Assembly: GCF_009914755.1 (NCBI RefSeq)
Contig: NC_060932.1
Length of the DNA stretch: 64,000 nt
Direction: 5' to 3' (one strand)
Origin: the human T2T-CHM13v2.0 reference genome, Homo sapiens
The stretch's first letter is position 1. Each line of letters begins with the position of its first letter. Of the stretch, positions 46,516 to 61,099 are shown piece after piece. Made by a program: the position numbers and the translations under genes. The notes below the pieces were generated by a model. That model worked only from the letters and a program-made list of their open reading frames with translations, made no database searches and had not been told where the DNA came from.

Positions 46516-47495
46516 ATCTATAGAAAAAAGTTAAGCATTTTCTCCTTAACTTCTTCATCCCTAGTCCTGCAGCGTTGATGTTTCCAGCACTTTTATTTCA
46601 GTGCCTAGGAAGAGGGAGGAGTTGTTAAAGAATCAGAAGAACCCTAAGTACTTTTCCTCTTTCTCAGTCGTTGGTTGTGTAGTCATTGTTTCACAAGTTT
46701 TTAAATGGAGCTAGGGAGGGCTCAGTGCTTGATTTGAATTAGACTAATACAGTTACTGGTTTTTGACATCCTGTTATTACATTTGTTGTACAAATTATTC
46801 ACAGAATAGATAGAATTCAGTCAGTTCAGTTCTTATTCAAGTAATATAATCTATCGCTAAACCATTAAACATTATACATTAACATATTGACTATACTTTA
46901 AAAAAGCTACTGGCAGAAATAACTGAAGGTGACGTTTTTCAAGGATAATAATCATTTTATAATTACTGTTAGAAGCTAATAAACTGGGGGCTTTACAATT
47001 CTAAACAAAAACCTTCCCACTTGAAAAAATTTTCCATTTAAAATTTAGACTCTGAAAGTTAAAATTTAGAGGGCTGGAACCCATGCTAGGGCTGGCCACC
47101 AAAATTTATGTTCTTTCTATACCCCACCTCCTAACACACTGACACTATGGAACTATGTTGTGATTTCACAACATGATCTGTCGTTCTGTAAGAAAATAAT
47201 CTCATTTGGAAATCTTTGGCGTACTTGGCTGAAGATAAATTCTAAAGTTTCCTTTTTCTTCTTTTAAGACATAGTTGTTCAGTGGCTATGGAATGCTTCT
47301 GGAGCACAGAACTTCTCTTTGTACTTAGGTAGAGACATACACAAAAAGGACATGGATGTCCTGTGAGCTCTTAGAACGTATATCGTATGTCAGGCTTTAA
47401 TTCGTGTTTCTCTGTCTCTCTATGTGGAGTAGAGTAACAAAAGATATGGCTTTTTTTCAAGGCCCTGGAGACACACAGTCCAAAATCCATCATTA

Positions 47496-47852
<357 letters not shown>

Positions 47853-47869
47853 TCATGGTGGGTTTTTTT

Positions 47870-48600
47870 CCCCCTATATTTAAAATCGCAGTTAGTAGAC
47901 ATAACACAAAATTTACCATCTTAGCCAAGGGTTCAGTAGCATTAAATGCATTCACATCGTTGTACAACAGATTTCTAGAACTTTTTAATTTTGCAAAACT
48001 GAAACTCTGTACCGTTTAATCAGTTTCCCGTTTCCCCTTCCCTTCCGCCCTGGCCAACCACCATTCTACTTTCTGTCTCTGTGAATTTGACTGCTCTAGG
48101 AACTTTATACATGTGGAATCAGACAGTGTTTTGCCTTTTTGTGGCTGGATTATTTCACTGAACATGATGTTCTCGAGGTTCATCCGTGTTGCAGCATGTG
48201 TCAGAATTTCCGTCTATTTTAAGGCTGAATAATAGTCCATTGTATGTATAAAGCACATTTTATTAGTCCATTTCTCCATGATAGACACTTGGGTTGCTTC
48301 CACCGTTTTGTAGAATGCCTTTTGTGATTGCTTTCATGAACGATGCTGCTGTGAACGTGGCTGTGCAAATATCTCTTCAAGACCCTGCTTTCAGTTTTTT
48401 TGGTCATATAACCAGTAGTAGAATTGCTGGATCATATATTAATTCTGTTTTTAGTTTTTTGAGGAGCTGCCATATTGTTCCCCACAGCAGTGGCTATTTT
48501 ACATTACCGTGGACACAAGGATCCCAATTTCTGCATATCCTCATCAATACATGTTATTTTCTGGGTTTTTTTTCTTTTTGTAGTAGTCATCCTAAGGGAT
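47870..48600 (-). mobile_element. L1MB-like 3' end
   Basis: Antisense L1 3' sequence (cataacacaaaatttaccatcttagcc...gaattgctggatcatat). Confidence 0.8.
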
Positions 48601-48759
48601 ACTGAAGTCTGAAGGGTTTTTATAATTATAAGTTTGCTCTAAACTGAAACAAAAACCAGAATCATCCACTTTTACCTCCATTCACACAAAAGGAAGTTTA
48701 AAACCTGCCTGGTTTGTTTCCATGATTTTAAAAGATAGAAAAAGTTCCATTTATTTTAA

Positions 48760-50114
48760 AAGAGAAGATTTTATTTTTCTCATTTCAGTAAAGCTTATCA
48801 CAGGATCTCCATTGCCTTTATCTTTATCACTGTTGTGGTTCTCAGATTTGAGGTAGTTGTGATTCATAAAGTTGAACAAGTAGAATCTGCTGAGATGAGG
48901 CCTTAATTGATCATTTTTACAAGACATCATTTTTGGCAGAATCAAATGATAGTGAAGCTAGCCTAAGAAATAACTGTGGAATCTAAGAAGCGAGGCAAGG
49001 ACATTTGACCAAGCAAAATTGACTTTTTGTCCCACTTACAACAGCGCTAAGAGGGAAAGTTTCGTTCATTCTCAGATTAAGTTATAGGTAAGTGGATTAC
49101 ACCAGAGCACATATTGCCAAAAACCTGTCATCCTGCTCAACATTTCTACCTCTAAAAAAGTAGCAATCAAGTTCTATTTATTCTGAGGATCAGTTATATT
49201 CTATATTCATGTGTATAATGGCAGGGATTTAAAAATAATCTGGGTAAATTTGAACTGCAAATAGCATGTAAATATCACTGACCCGTAATAGTCTTAGTTC
49301 TTCTCTACAAGGGTATATGGTCAGCCCTTATTGGGAGTAAAAACACCTCGGCACATTAGTGAGGCTTCCTTGACCCCACAGAGTCTCTCAGCAATTTCAT
49401 CCCAATTCCCTGGATCCAGGTAAGTAACAGACATGAATGAAACAGGCTAGTGCAAAATAGAAAGGGGTGGTGGCAAACTGTGTTAAACCAAAGAGGAATC
49501 AATTAAAAAAAAAATACAGTGTGTCCCAAAACACGCATTTGAGTTGGGAGCAGTGATTGATCCAACATTTATAGAGAACCCTGCAGAGTCCCTGACATTG
49601 TGGGAAGAATAGAAGTAGAATGAGCCCAGAAAACCCGTGTTTTTATTTTAGATTTCTTTAAATACGTGAGAATACAATGGCATATAATGCAATATTTTCC
49701 CTTCTCAAAAATATATCTAGAAAGAAAGAGATGGGGAAATGCACAGCAGCCGTTGGTGGAGGTTGACCCTGGAAGCTAATTCTAGAATAACTTAAAAATG
49801 TAAGTTGTTCAGGTTTCCCTTTTATAGCTGTTCTGAGTAGCACAGAAACTCAATTTTGCTTGGTAGAAGGTCCTTGCCTTGCTTCTTAGATTCCACAGTC
49901 ATTTCTTAGGCTAGCTTTACTATCATTTGATTCAGCCAAAGATGATGTCTTATAGAAATGTTCAATAAAGGCCTCATTCCTAAGCAGATTCTACTTGTTC
50001 AAGTTTATGAGTTACAACTACCTGAAGTCTCAGAATCATAGCAGTAATGAGCATAAAGGCAGTGGAGACCCTGTGATAAGTTTTACTGAAATGAGAAAGA
50101 TAAAATCTTCTCTT
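48760..50114. repeat. Long imperfect inverted repeat: arms 48760-49058 and 49814-50114, 755-nt spacer
   Basis: Manual alignment of arm 2 to the reverse complement of arm 1 gives ~87% identity over ~300 bp, e.g. ttgaacaagtagaatctgct / agcagattctacttgttcaa and actgtggaatctaagaagc / gcttcttagattccacagt. Confidence 0.95.
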
Positions 50115-50504
50115 AGTTTAGAATATGAATATTTCTGGTATTTGATACTGTTATTGTCTGGGCCAAGTGGATAAAACAGCGTTTCATTTCTGATCTTGTA
50201 GGAAATTGTTTTATGTAATGAGTACATACATGGGTAGAGCTATATTGGTAAAGGCAGTGCCTACTATGCTGAATTAAATATTCCATGCAAGGGTACCAGG
50301 AAAAGGGGAGGGACTTTATAGTTGCTAACACTGAAAAAAGATTTGTTGCATCAGATGAACCTTTAAACTTAAGAAACGTTTACCAACTCAATATTTATTT
50401 GATCTAAATAGTCAGTATGTAATGGTGTGATACACCCGGTACTTTTCCAAAGTCATCAATAATGAGGACATAGCTTGTGGTTTTTAATTTTTTAGTCCCT
50501 GTGA

Positions 50505-50833
<329 letters not shown>

Positions 50834-51439
50834 TGATTGCCATTTTTCTGAAGGATGGGGATGTTGAGTGGGGTGGCGGGTTTTTGGCAATGTGTGCTTT
50901 GCTGTAATGTACCTACCCATATCTGACTATTGGTTTATACAGTACAGAGAACCATGGGCTAAGCCTTACTTTTCAGCCACAAAATAAAAATCCTATCATT
51001 AAATCTTAGAATCTGAGTTGGCAGATAACCTTGTCTAATACCCTTCTAACTAAAACTGTTCCACAAAATTCCTCAATCAACTGTCCTCTGTTTTAAGTAA
51101 TGACAGACATCTGATAGCTTTAGTGGTGGCAGCTTCTTATGGGTAGGAACACTTTTTATTAGGGAGATTTGCATTTTATTGGATCAATGCCTTACTCTTT
51201 TTATATGATATCCTTTATTAGTAGTTCTGTCTTCTGAAGTAAATACATAGGATCATTGCCTTCCTACATCTTGCCATTCATGTATTTAAAGAAAGTTATC
51301 ATCTCTTTTCTATGTCTTTTTCCCTAAGAATGAAAAGAAACTAAATATAGCAATAATACCTATTCGTGATTCTAAAACTTTTTGCTATTTGTCAGACACT
51401 TTGCTTGTCCACTTACTCCTTACGATAGTTCTATAACTG

Positions 51440-51764
<325 letters not shown>

Positions 51765-53119
51765 TATGTGTTGTCTGTTTTAAAGATGAGAAGACCGAGA
51801 TGCCAGTGACTTGTCCAAAGACACATGGGTGGTAACTCGTAGAGATTATTAGCTAGCTCAGGGCTTCTTCCCTCTTTGGGCCACAGCTGTACCCTTGCTT
51901 ATTGTACCTGAACACCTGCAGTTTCTTTCATTGCTCTTTAAGTGATGACATGGTCTCCCAGACCCCTCACCCCATCCAGTTGACTCTTCACTGAACTTAA
52001 CTGGTCAGCACTTAAGAAAAAGATGGTTTAAGCATTCAAGAAAAACATGGATGCCAAGTATCCATTGATTCAGGAAATATTTGAGTATCTGCCATGTGCC
52101 AAGCACTCTAGGTATTTGGGATAAACCAGTGAACAGAGCAGTCAAACAAATCCCTGTCTTCATGCATGGTACACTGAGGGTTCATGTTGTGGCTTAGTCC
52201 CTGTCCCCACAATCAACACTGAAGAGGACTTTGAAATAGGGGACAGAAAAGTTGCAGAAGCAGGCTTGTGCTGTTAAGGCATTAAGGTGGGAATTCTATA
52301 CGAAAAGTTCAAATGATGTATTAAATATGGATCCAATATCTCTGCTCACTCCCCCTTTGCATCACTTTAAACACACATTCCTTGCATGGATTAAGAAAAT
52401 AATGTTGACTTTAACTGACTTATACTCATTTATTTCTAGGCACAAAATGAGACCAAACAAAAACTTGGCAATAGAAGGAAGAGGTTCCTGATATTATCAG
52501 AGGTCATTCGAAATAAAATCCAGGCAAAATGAAACCACAAAAGATGTGATTTGTAGGGCCAGAAGACTTTGCTTGTTCTGAAATGTGTTTTGAATTCAAG
52601 AATATGAAGAGAATCAAGAATATTAGACATTGAGAAGCCCAGAGATGGGTTAGAAATGAACTGGATAAATTGTAAAATGCACACAAGTGTACTAGAAAAT
52701 GTTACATGTTTTGGTGAAGGCCGTGAAAATCTTCAGCTGCTTATTGTAGGTAACCTTCTTCTATTAAATCATGGGAGATTTTTCTAGCTTAGAGGTATAA
52801 GTTTTAATGTGTGTTGGAATTTTTAATACAGACTTAAGTCCTGATGCTTATCTAGTATCTTTCTTTGTTCTTAAACATTGATTTTCCCGTATTGCTTACC
52901 TTTAATAACTATTACATTTTCAGTTTTAAGGCAGTAATAGTTCATGAATTTGAAAAGTTAAAATCTATTGGAGATGAAGTTTTACAATTCTGAAGTCTTT
53001 CAAATATATTTTTGGTAACATCTTGATGACCTTCAAATTTTCTTTCATCAGCGGAGTGTTAGGGGGCTGCCGAGAGCCTGGGAACTGCTAGCATTCTGTT
53101 TCTCACTGCTTCTGGGTTA

Positions 53120-53330
53120 TGCAGCATGGAAGAGAGGGCATGGAGTTTGGAGCCACACAGACCTTAGGTTCAAATCCAGCTCTGTGACTTTGAAAAGTTT
53201 CTTAACATCTCTGAGCCTTAGTTTCATCATGCAAAGATAGGACATTTCTCCTGAGGTGGTTGTGAGGGTTAAATAAAGTAAGTCAAGAGCCCAAGACATA
53301 ATAGGAAAGCAATGAATCGTCTCTATTATT
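53120..53330 (+). mobile_element. MIR
   Basis: ggttcaaatccagctctg...aacatctctgagccttagtttcatcatgcaaagatagg core. Confidence 0.75.
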
Positions 53331-54027
53331 AATTTTTATTTTTATATATCAAAGTCTGGGGTACAGTGGCCTTGCTTAAAAATGGAATCCCCTTTCCTTT
53401 GAATTACTTTTTCTCCCCATATGATAGTCTCAAATATTTATTCATTTTTCTTTTCTTTCTTTTTTTTTTTTGCACAACATCCAAAAGTAAAGGAAACAAT
53501 ATTCTGCAACTCCATCGATTCTGAGTTTCTCTTCAGTGTGCTATATTAAGCTAGATGATGTCATCATCAGCTAACATTGGCTTTTCACCAAGCCGTGGTG
53601 ACAAGTTTCTTTCCTTAAGGCATATTCTGGAATAGTGTTTCATCTCAGTTTAGAATGTGTACTTCATAACTGGACTATTTATTGGTAGGAGCTGCCTGTG
53701 CTTCACTTTCTGGGATGTGGCAGTTAACACTTTGCTCATCAGAGCACTCTCCTTCCTCAGCCTAGTGTTCATCATGGGAAATTCTGAGCTCTGGAAAAAT
53801 GTAAACTTCGTGTTTGTCTCTTTAGATGGTGCAAACTAATCAGAAACTTCAGTGGCCACAACAAAACAAAACCATTAGCAAAAGACAAACAAAGAAGCTT
53901 TATTTTTTAATTGCAAAGCTTCATTACATTGCTTCTGAAATGCTAATCATTATATTATATTCATTTATGGAGAGTCAGACAGACTTGATTTTGTCTGACA
54001 TTGTCCTGACATTGATCTGTACTAGCA

Positions 54028-54390
54028 TCTTAGTCTGCTTGAGCTGTCATAGTAAAATACCATAGACTGGGGGCTTAAACAACAGACATTTATTTTTCAT
54101 ACTTCTGGAGGCTAGGAGTTGAGATTATGGTGCCAGCATGGTTGAGCTCTGGGGAGGGCTCTTTTCCTGGCCTGCAGACGGCAGCCTTCTCCCTGTGTCC
54201 TCAGTTGGTAGAGAGAGAACACCAGCTCTTCCTCTTTTTATAAGGACACTAATTCCATCATGGGTGCCCCACCCACATGATCTCATCTAGCCCTAATTAC
54301 CTTCTAAAGGCCCTACCTCCAAATACTATCACATTGCAGGTCAGAACTTCATAGGAATTTTGGGGGAACACAAATATTTTGTTTGTAACA
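54028..54390 (-). mobile_element. MLT1A-type MaLR LTR (adjacent to a MIR at ~54390-54560)
   Basis: cttagtctgcttgagctgtcatagtaaaataccatagactggggg...tttggggaacacaaatatt. Confidence 0.8.
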
Positions 54391-55598
54391 AGCAGCTAGT
54401 ACTTAACCTCTTTAAGCATTGGTTTTCTCACCTATAAACTAGAGATAATAAAAGCACTTACCTCATAGGGTTGATAGGTAATTCAGTTAGGTTTATATAT
54501 GTAATACACTTAGCCTAGTTCCTAAAACATAGTACGTGCTTGATAAATGTTAGCTCTCAGTAGTAGCAGCAGAAGTAAGTTATAGTGATGGTAGTATATT
54601 TTAGGAGCATGTCTCATTCCAGGAACTTATCAGAACTCTTCTGAAATTATAAATTGATGATTGAATTCTTTTTAAGCAACAGTGATGAGAATCTCTATCT
54701 TCGTCCATATTTCTGTCGCCATTTTCTCTTCCTAGGCTAATTGTGAGCTTCCTGTATCTGAATCCTGTTCCCTTTGGCCCTGTCCCTCCGGGTCAGCCTT
54801 CACTGAGGCTGTGGAGTATTGGGTTCTTTTCACTATGACCTTGCCATATAGTTAGGTGCTTGTTTCTCATTGCCTGTGGCTCCCTAGTCTTTGCTTCAAA
54901 CCCTTCACACTTTTTCTCTAACTTTTCTCCATGCCATATCATCATCTCCTTTGTTTACTTCAGGGTCACTTACCTAAAGAGGATGAAAGTTTCTTTGGGG
55001 CTTCTGAATAAAGGTGGCCAGGTTCCTAAATATTCACATTCATCTTGCCAAGCAGACTTCTGATTGCCTAAAATATTCTTTATGATGTCTCCTCCATAAA
55101 ACCTTCTAGAGTGATCCAAGGAGAGCACCCTGCTTCTTCTTCTGTGAACCCTGGGAATGGATTCATTTTTGTTGTCTACCAGTAGACCATCTGATTGATT
55201 GAAACATCTTATTCCCCAACAATGACTTGGGAAAAGAAGAGTTTTCTGTGAGAAAGAATTAGTGATGATCAGAGTGAAACATATATGTTAAAGCTATATT
55301 ATAGTTAGTTTTGAATGCTGTTTGGTACTGATTGTAGAATTTGGGGCATTTTGAGATTTCAATAAGTGATAAAAGCATCTTAAATCTTGAAACATAGGTT
55401 ATGTGTAACCAATTGCAAACATGTTTTAGGAAAGAATTATTAAAGGGAGAAACTTTTTTATTGTGACATATGTTCCAACTATATTTTAAGACAGTTATCT
55501 GAAGCATAGGGGTTCATGAGAATATTTGTGTATGTGGTGTATGTGTATATATACATAAAATGCACACACACGCACACATCCTTTTATAAAAAATATCA

Positions 55599-56115
<517 letters not shown>

Positions 56116-57294
56116 TTAAGTGTCTTAAAAGCAAATCAGTTCTGTTAATTGCTTTAAAGTTATTTAGATTTTTAACCTACAGCTAAGATACATGTTACGG
56201 AAATGACCTTATATAAGCCTGTTTCAGGCTTAGTATTTTTTAGATGAGATTTCCTTTAGAAAGAAAACACATAGTACCATAATGATAGTTACTCTTGCTG
56301 ATTTGTTGGTATTATTGATTAGGCTAATATATGTAAGGTAACTACATTTTCTTCTACTATTTTTTTTGGTAGTCCTTGAGCCATTTTAGGATACTTGCTT
56401 TCTAAAAAGAATACATTTAAAATATGAAATTGTATATTTTGATAGAGGGAGGTCAAATAAATGTTTATATTTCAACAAAATGAAGGGAAATACTTGTAGA
56501 GCTTAGGCAATGCTTGGTATACTTTGTGTTTTCCCCACAGACAAAAAACCTCGTAAATGGCCTATGTTGGTTCTTCGGAATTGGTGGCAAGAGGACAGAG
56601 TGTAGGATTGTAAGAATTTACGTCAGATGAATTTGGCAGGATTCTGATATTTCCTTGATACTTAATTCTAGGCACACTGTCTGTCTCATTAATTTCTGTA
56701 AACGTCTTGGTTAAGGAATTACACTGAGGGAGTTCTGATGTTTCATTCACACTCATCCCTGTCTGCCATCCATCAAGTGCTTCTGGAATTCCATCCTGGA
56801 TCAGACCACCCAGTGAAGACAGCCGTGGCAGGAGCCAGTAGCCCCAGAGACAGGGACTCTTCACAGGGAGACGTGGCGCTGGGCTGTGGCCTCTTTTCAG
56901 CTTTCTGGCAGCAAGCCTCTCATTAGCATGGGGTGCTGCGGTATGCTTGGCCAAGGAGGAAATCTCAAGAGCCGAAGCCTTGAAAACCCAGGTCTTGTGT
57001 CCGTGCCCAGAATTATGCATTGCTAGCATACAGCCAGCTGCAAAAGGAAGAAATCAAACCCAAATGTGGAAGCAAGTTTCTTCATGCCCTTGTTTCCCTG
57101 TTTAAAGTTTTCTGTCAAGCCACTTCCACAGGGAGCTGTTACCCAGTGGCCAGTGCTTAAAGAAATTGTGTTTGGAAAGTTCTTTTAACAGAGGCTACAG
57201 AATCTTACTGAGACTGTGTCCTTAATGACTGTAGTGGCTGCCTGGCAACAGAGCCTCCTAGGTAAGAGGAGGAAAATGACCCAGGCTGTATGCA

Positions 57295-57653
57295 TGCATT
57301 AGTTTGTTTTCACGCTGCTGATAAAGACGTACCCAAGATTGGATAATTTATTTTAAAAAAGTTTAATGGACTCACAGTTCCACATGGCTAGGGTGCCCTC
57401 ACAATCATGGCAGATGGCAAAAGTCACGTCTTACAGGGTGGCAGACAGGAGAGAATGAGAACCAAGTAAAAGGGGTATCCCCTTATAAAACCATCAAATC
57501 TCGTGAGACTTATTAACTACCATGAGAACAGTGTGGGGGAAACTAGCCCCATGATTCAGTTGTCTCCCACTAGGTCCCTCCCACAACACATAGGAATTAT
57601 GGGAGCTACAATTCAAGATGAGATTTGGGTGGGGACACAGCCAAATCATGTCA
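57295..57653 (-). mobile_element. THE1 (B/C) MaLR LTR
   Basis: Minus strand begins TGACATGATTTGGCTGTGTCCCCACCCAAATCTCATCTTG; ~360 bp. Confidence 0.9.
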
Positions 57654-57993
57654 ACTTGGCCATGCTGACTACAAGAAGCAGGACTGAACCTGCATCCGGG
57701 GCTTGAGTAGATTGTGCGCTTGTTTGTACCACCCTGATAAGTACCTGGGGACAGAGACTGGGGAGGATTCTTACTATATTTTATCACATTTTCTCAGACA
57801 ATGTAACAGGGGATGCTGCTTGTCCTCAACATCTGCTTCCCAGTTTTTAGCTGGGCATCTACAAGAGCACCTGAAATAAAGACTAGGTCCTGTGTCTCCC
57901 CTGAAGCATACTAGGGTCAAATTCTAGCTAATAGCTAGTGAGGGAAAGCTTCCTTTGTGACTTCTAGGAAGTATATTTTTTAAAAGAGGGGTT

Positions 57994-58290
57994 GGCTGGG
58001 TACAGTGGCTCATCCCTGTCATCTCAACACTTTGGGAAGCTGAGATATGAGGATCGCTTGAGCCCAGGAGTTTGGGACCAGCCTGGGCAACACAGTGACA
58101 CCCTACCTCTATAAAAAAATAAAAATATTAGCTGGGCATGGAGGGTGCCCCCGTATCCCAGCTACTTGGGAGGCTGAAGTGGGAGGATTGCTTGAGCCCA
58201 AGAAGTCAAGGCTACAGTGACCCATGATCACACCACTGCACTCCAGCCAGGGTGACAGAGGGAGACCCTGTATCAAAAAATAAAAATATA
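57994..58290 (+). mobile_element. AluJ
   Basis: AluJ-type dimer. Confidence 0.9.
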
Positions 58291-58400
58291 AACCTAGATG
58301 ATGGGTTAAGAGGTGCAGCAAACCACTGTGGCACATGTATACCCATGTAACAAACCTGCATGTTCTGCACATGTATCCTGGAACATAAATTTAAAAAAAA
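58291..58400 (+). mobile_element. Short L1PA 3' end inserted at the Alu tail
   Basis: aacctagatgatgggttaagaggtgcagcaaaccactgtggcac...cctggaacataaa. Confidence 0.85.
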
Positions 58401-58424
58401 GGAGGGAGAAAAAAGGAAAGAAAA

Positions 58425-59659
58425 TGACCATACGGCCAAAAGTAATCTACAAATTCAGTGCAACTCCCATCAAAATACCACCATCATTCTTCACAGAACT
58501 AGGAAAAACAATCCTAATAGAACCAAAAAAGAGCCCACATAGCTAAAGCAAGAGTAAGCAAAAAGAACAAATCTGGAGGCATCATATTACCTGATTTCAA
58601 ACTATACCATAAGGCCATAGTCACCAAAACAGCATGGTATTGGTATAAGAATAGCACACAGACCAGTGGAACAGAATAGAGAACCTAGAAATAAACCCAA
58701 ATATTTACAGCCAACTAATCTTCAACAAAGCAAACATGGCATAAAGTGGGGAAAGAACACCCTTTTCAGCAAATGGTGATGGGATTATTGGCTAGCCACA
58801 TGTAGAAGAATGAAACTGGATCCTCATCTCTCAACTTATACAAAAATTAGCTCAAGATGGATCAAAGACATAAATCTAAGACCTGAAATCATAAAAGTTC
58901 TAGAAGATAACATTGGGAAAACCCTTCTAGACATTGGCTTAGGCAAAGAGTTCATGACCAAGAACCCAAAAGCAAATGCAGCAAAAACAAAGATAACTAG
59001 ATGGACTTAATTAAACTAAAAAGCTTCTCCACAGCAAAAGAAATAATCAGCAGAATTAACAGACAACCCACAGAATGGGAGAAAACTTTCACAGTCTATA
59101 CATCTGACAAAGGACTAATATCCAGAATCTACAAAGAACTCAAACAAATCAGCAAGAAAAAAAAATGAAAAAGTAGGCTAAGGACATGAATAGACAATTC
59201 TCAAAAGAAGATAAAATAATGGCCAACAAGCATATGGAAAAATGTTCAACATCACTAATTATCAGGGAAATGCAAATCAAAAACCATAATGCAATACCAC
59301 CTCACTCCTGCAAGAATGGCCATAATCAAGAAATCAAAAAAGAATAGATGTTGGCATGGATGCGGTGAAAGGGGAATACTTTTACACTGTTGGTGGGAAT
59401 GTAAACTAGTACAACCACTATGGAAAACAGTGTGGAGATTCCTTAAAGAATTAAAAGTAGAACTACCATTTGATCCAGCAGTCCCACTACTAGGTATCTA
59501 CCAAAGGAAAAAGAAGTCATTATATGAAAAAGATACTTGCACATGCATGTTTATAGTAGCACAATTTGCAATTGCAAAAATGTGGAATCAGCTCAAAAAT
59601 CCCATCAATCAACAAGTATAGAAAGAAAATGTGAGATATACATATATGTGTGTGTGTGT

Positions 59660-59694
<35 letters not shown>

Positions 59695-59990
59695 ATGGAA
59701 TACTACTCAGCCATAAACAGGAATGAAATAATGGTATTTGCAGCAACCTGGATGGAATTGGATACTATCATTCTAAGTGAAGTAACTCAGGAATGGAAAC
59801 CCAAACATTGTTATGTTCTCAGTCACATGTGGGAGCTAAGCTATGAGGACACAAAGGCATAAGAATGATACACTGGACTTTGGGGAATCAGGGGAAAGGG
59901 TTGGGGATGGTGAGGGATAAAAGACTACACACTGGGTACAGGGTACACTGCTCGGGTGATGGGTGCACCTGAAATCACCGCTGAAGAACT
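58425..59990 (+). mobile_element. L1PB-like 3' ORF2/3'UTR fragment
   Basis: ORF2p C-terminal peptides [20 protein letters not shown] and [24 protein letters not shown]; internal (TG)n(CA)n. Confidence 0.9.
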
Positions 59991-61099
59991 TATGTATTTA
60001 TGTACATAGTTGTGACTTCCGCATCTAATCCTGATTTTTTTTTTTTAGCTTGTTTGTAGCAGGGATTAACATACAGAGCCAGTGTGCAATCAGGAGCAAG
60101 TTCTTAGCATACTTGATGAATTTCCCTGTGCTCACTTGCTGCTTATAGTGATAGCACTTTAACTTTTGGAAGTGGAGAAATTACCAAAAATTTTTGACTG
60201 GGGCAAGGGTCAGGGATGACTCAGAGCTCAGCTCTCTCCCTGCATCTAGACAGAGTTGTAATCTAACACAGAACCATTTTTCCACATATTCCCCCCATTC
60301 TCTACATCACATCCTATCTATTAAAAGGATCCTTTCAGCCCACCAGATTAGTTTGCCTTGACTTCTTAAGTTGAATAATGGGTTTCTTTCTGGGTGTCTT
60401 AGAGATGCTGGGCTCTTCTTCTCCCTCATTAGAAGGCCTATCTTCATTATGAGTATTCCTCTACTTGAAGAAAATAGAGTATTTAGAAGTCTTATTTTTA
60501 AAAAAGGGGATAACCGTGATCAGATGGATATGCTAATTTGCTTGCCTGTCATAACCATTTCACTATGTATATTAAAACATCATGATGTAGACCTTAAATA
60601 TATGCAATAAGAAACAAGCTCTAGAATCTGAAACAAGAAAGTGGCCAAAAATCACAGTGGCAATTATTAGTATTTGTCCCATTTTCTTTTTATTTCTCAA
60701 CAAGTTATCTTTGCATTCACAGCAAGATGTCCTAGAAAAAGGACACTATACAGATACGGGTTTGGGTGTATGAACAGTAGGAGTGGCGAGTCCTGAGGGA
60801 GGTGCAGGTGATAATCCGGGAGGATTTGTTTGCTAGGGTTTTAATTTGACAATGAACTGGTTACTTTTAAATTATCATGGTAGAATCCTACATGCCTCAA
60901 CAGTGATTGGCTGTGTATGAGTTTGCACTCAGGGTACATTAAGCAACTGGATGGTGCTAGAGAGGTAGATGATGAAATACTGTTCTGTTGCTTGCAAACC
61001 AGCACATTCCTGCAAGCGGGATTTGCTGAAACCTTCCAGTGAAGGATTCTTAAACAAACTTGGTCTTTGGTGATGTAAGATACATGAAATAGGGAGGCT

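Noticed and set aside
53383-54625. Scattered NF-kB-like (GGAATCCCC), CRE/ATF-like palindrome (GATGATGTCATCATC, 53554-53568) and GAS (TTCCAGGAA) motifs
   Set aside because: Short motifs at frequencies expected by chance in 64 kb. No independent support from the sequence alone.
56562-57029. 155-aa minus-strand ORF and a nearby + strand acceptor (ttttccccacAG, ~56540)
   Set aside because: No homology or coding features recognised and no convincing paired donor.
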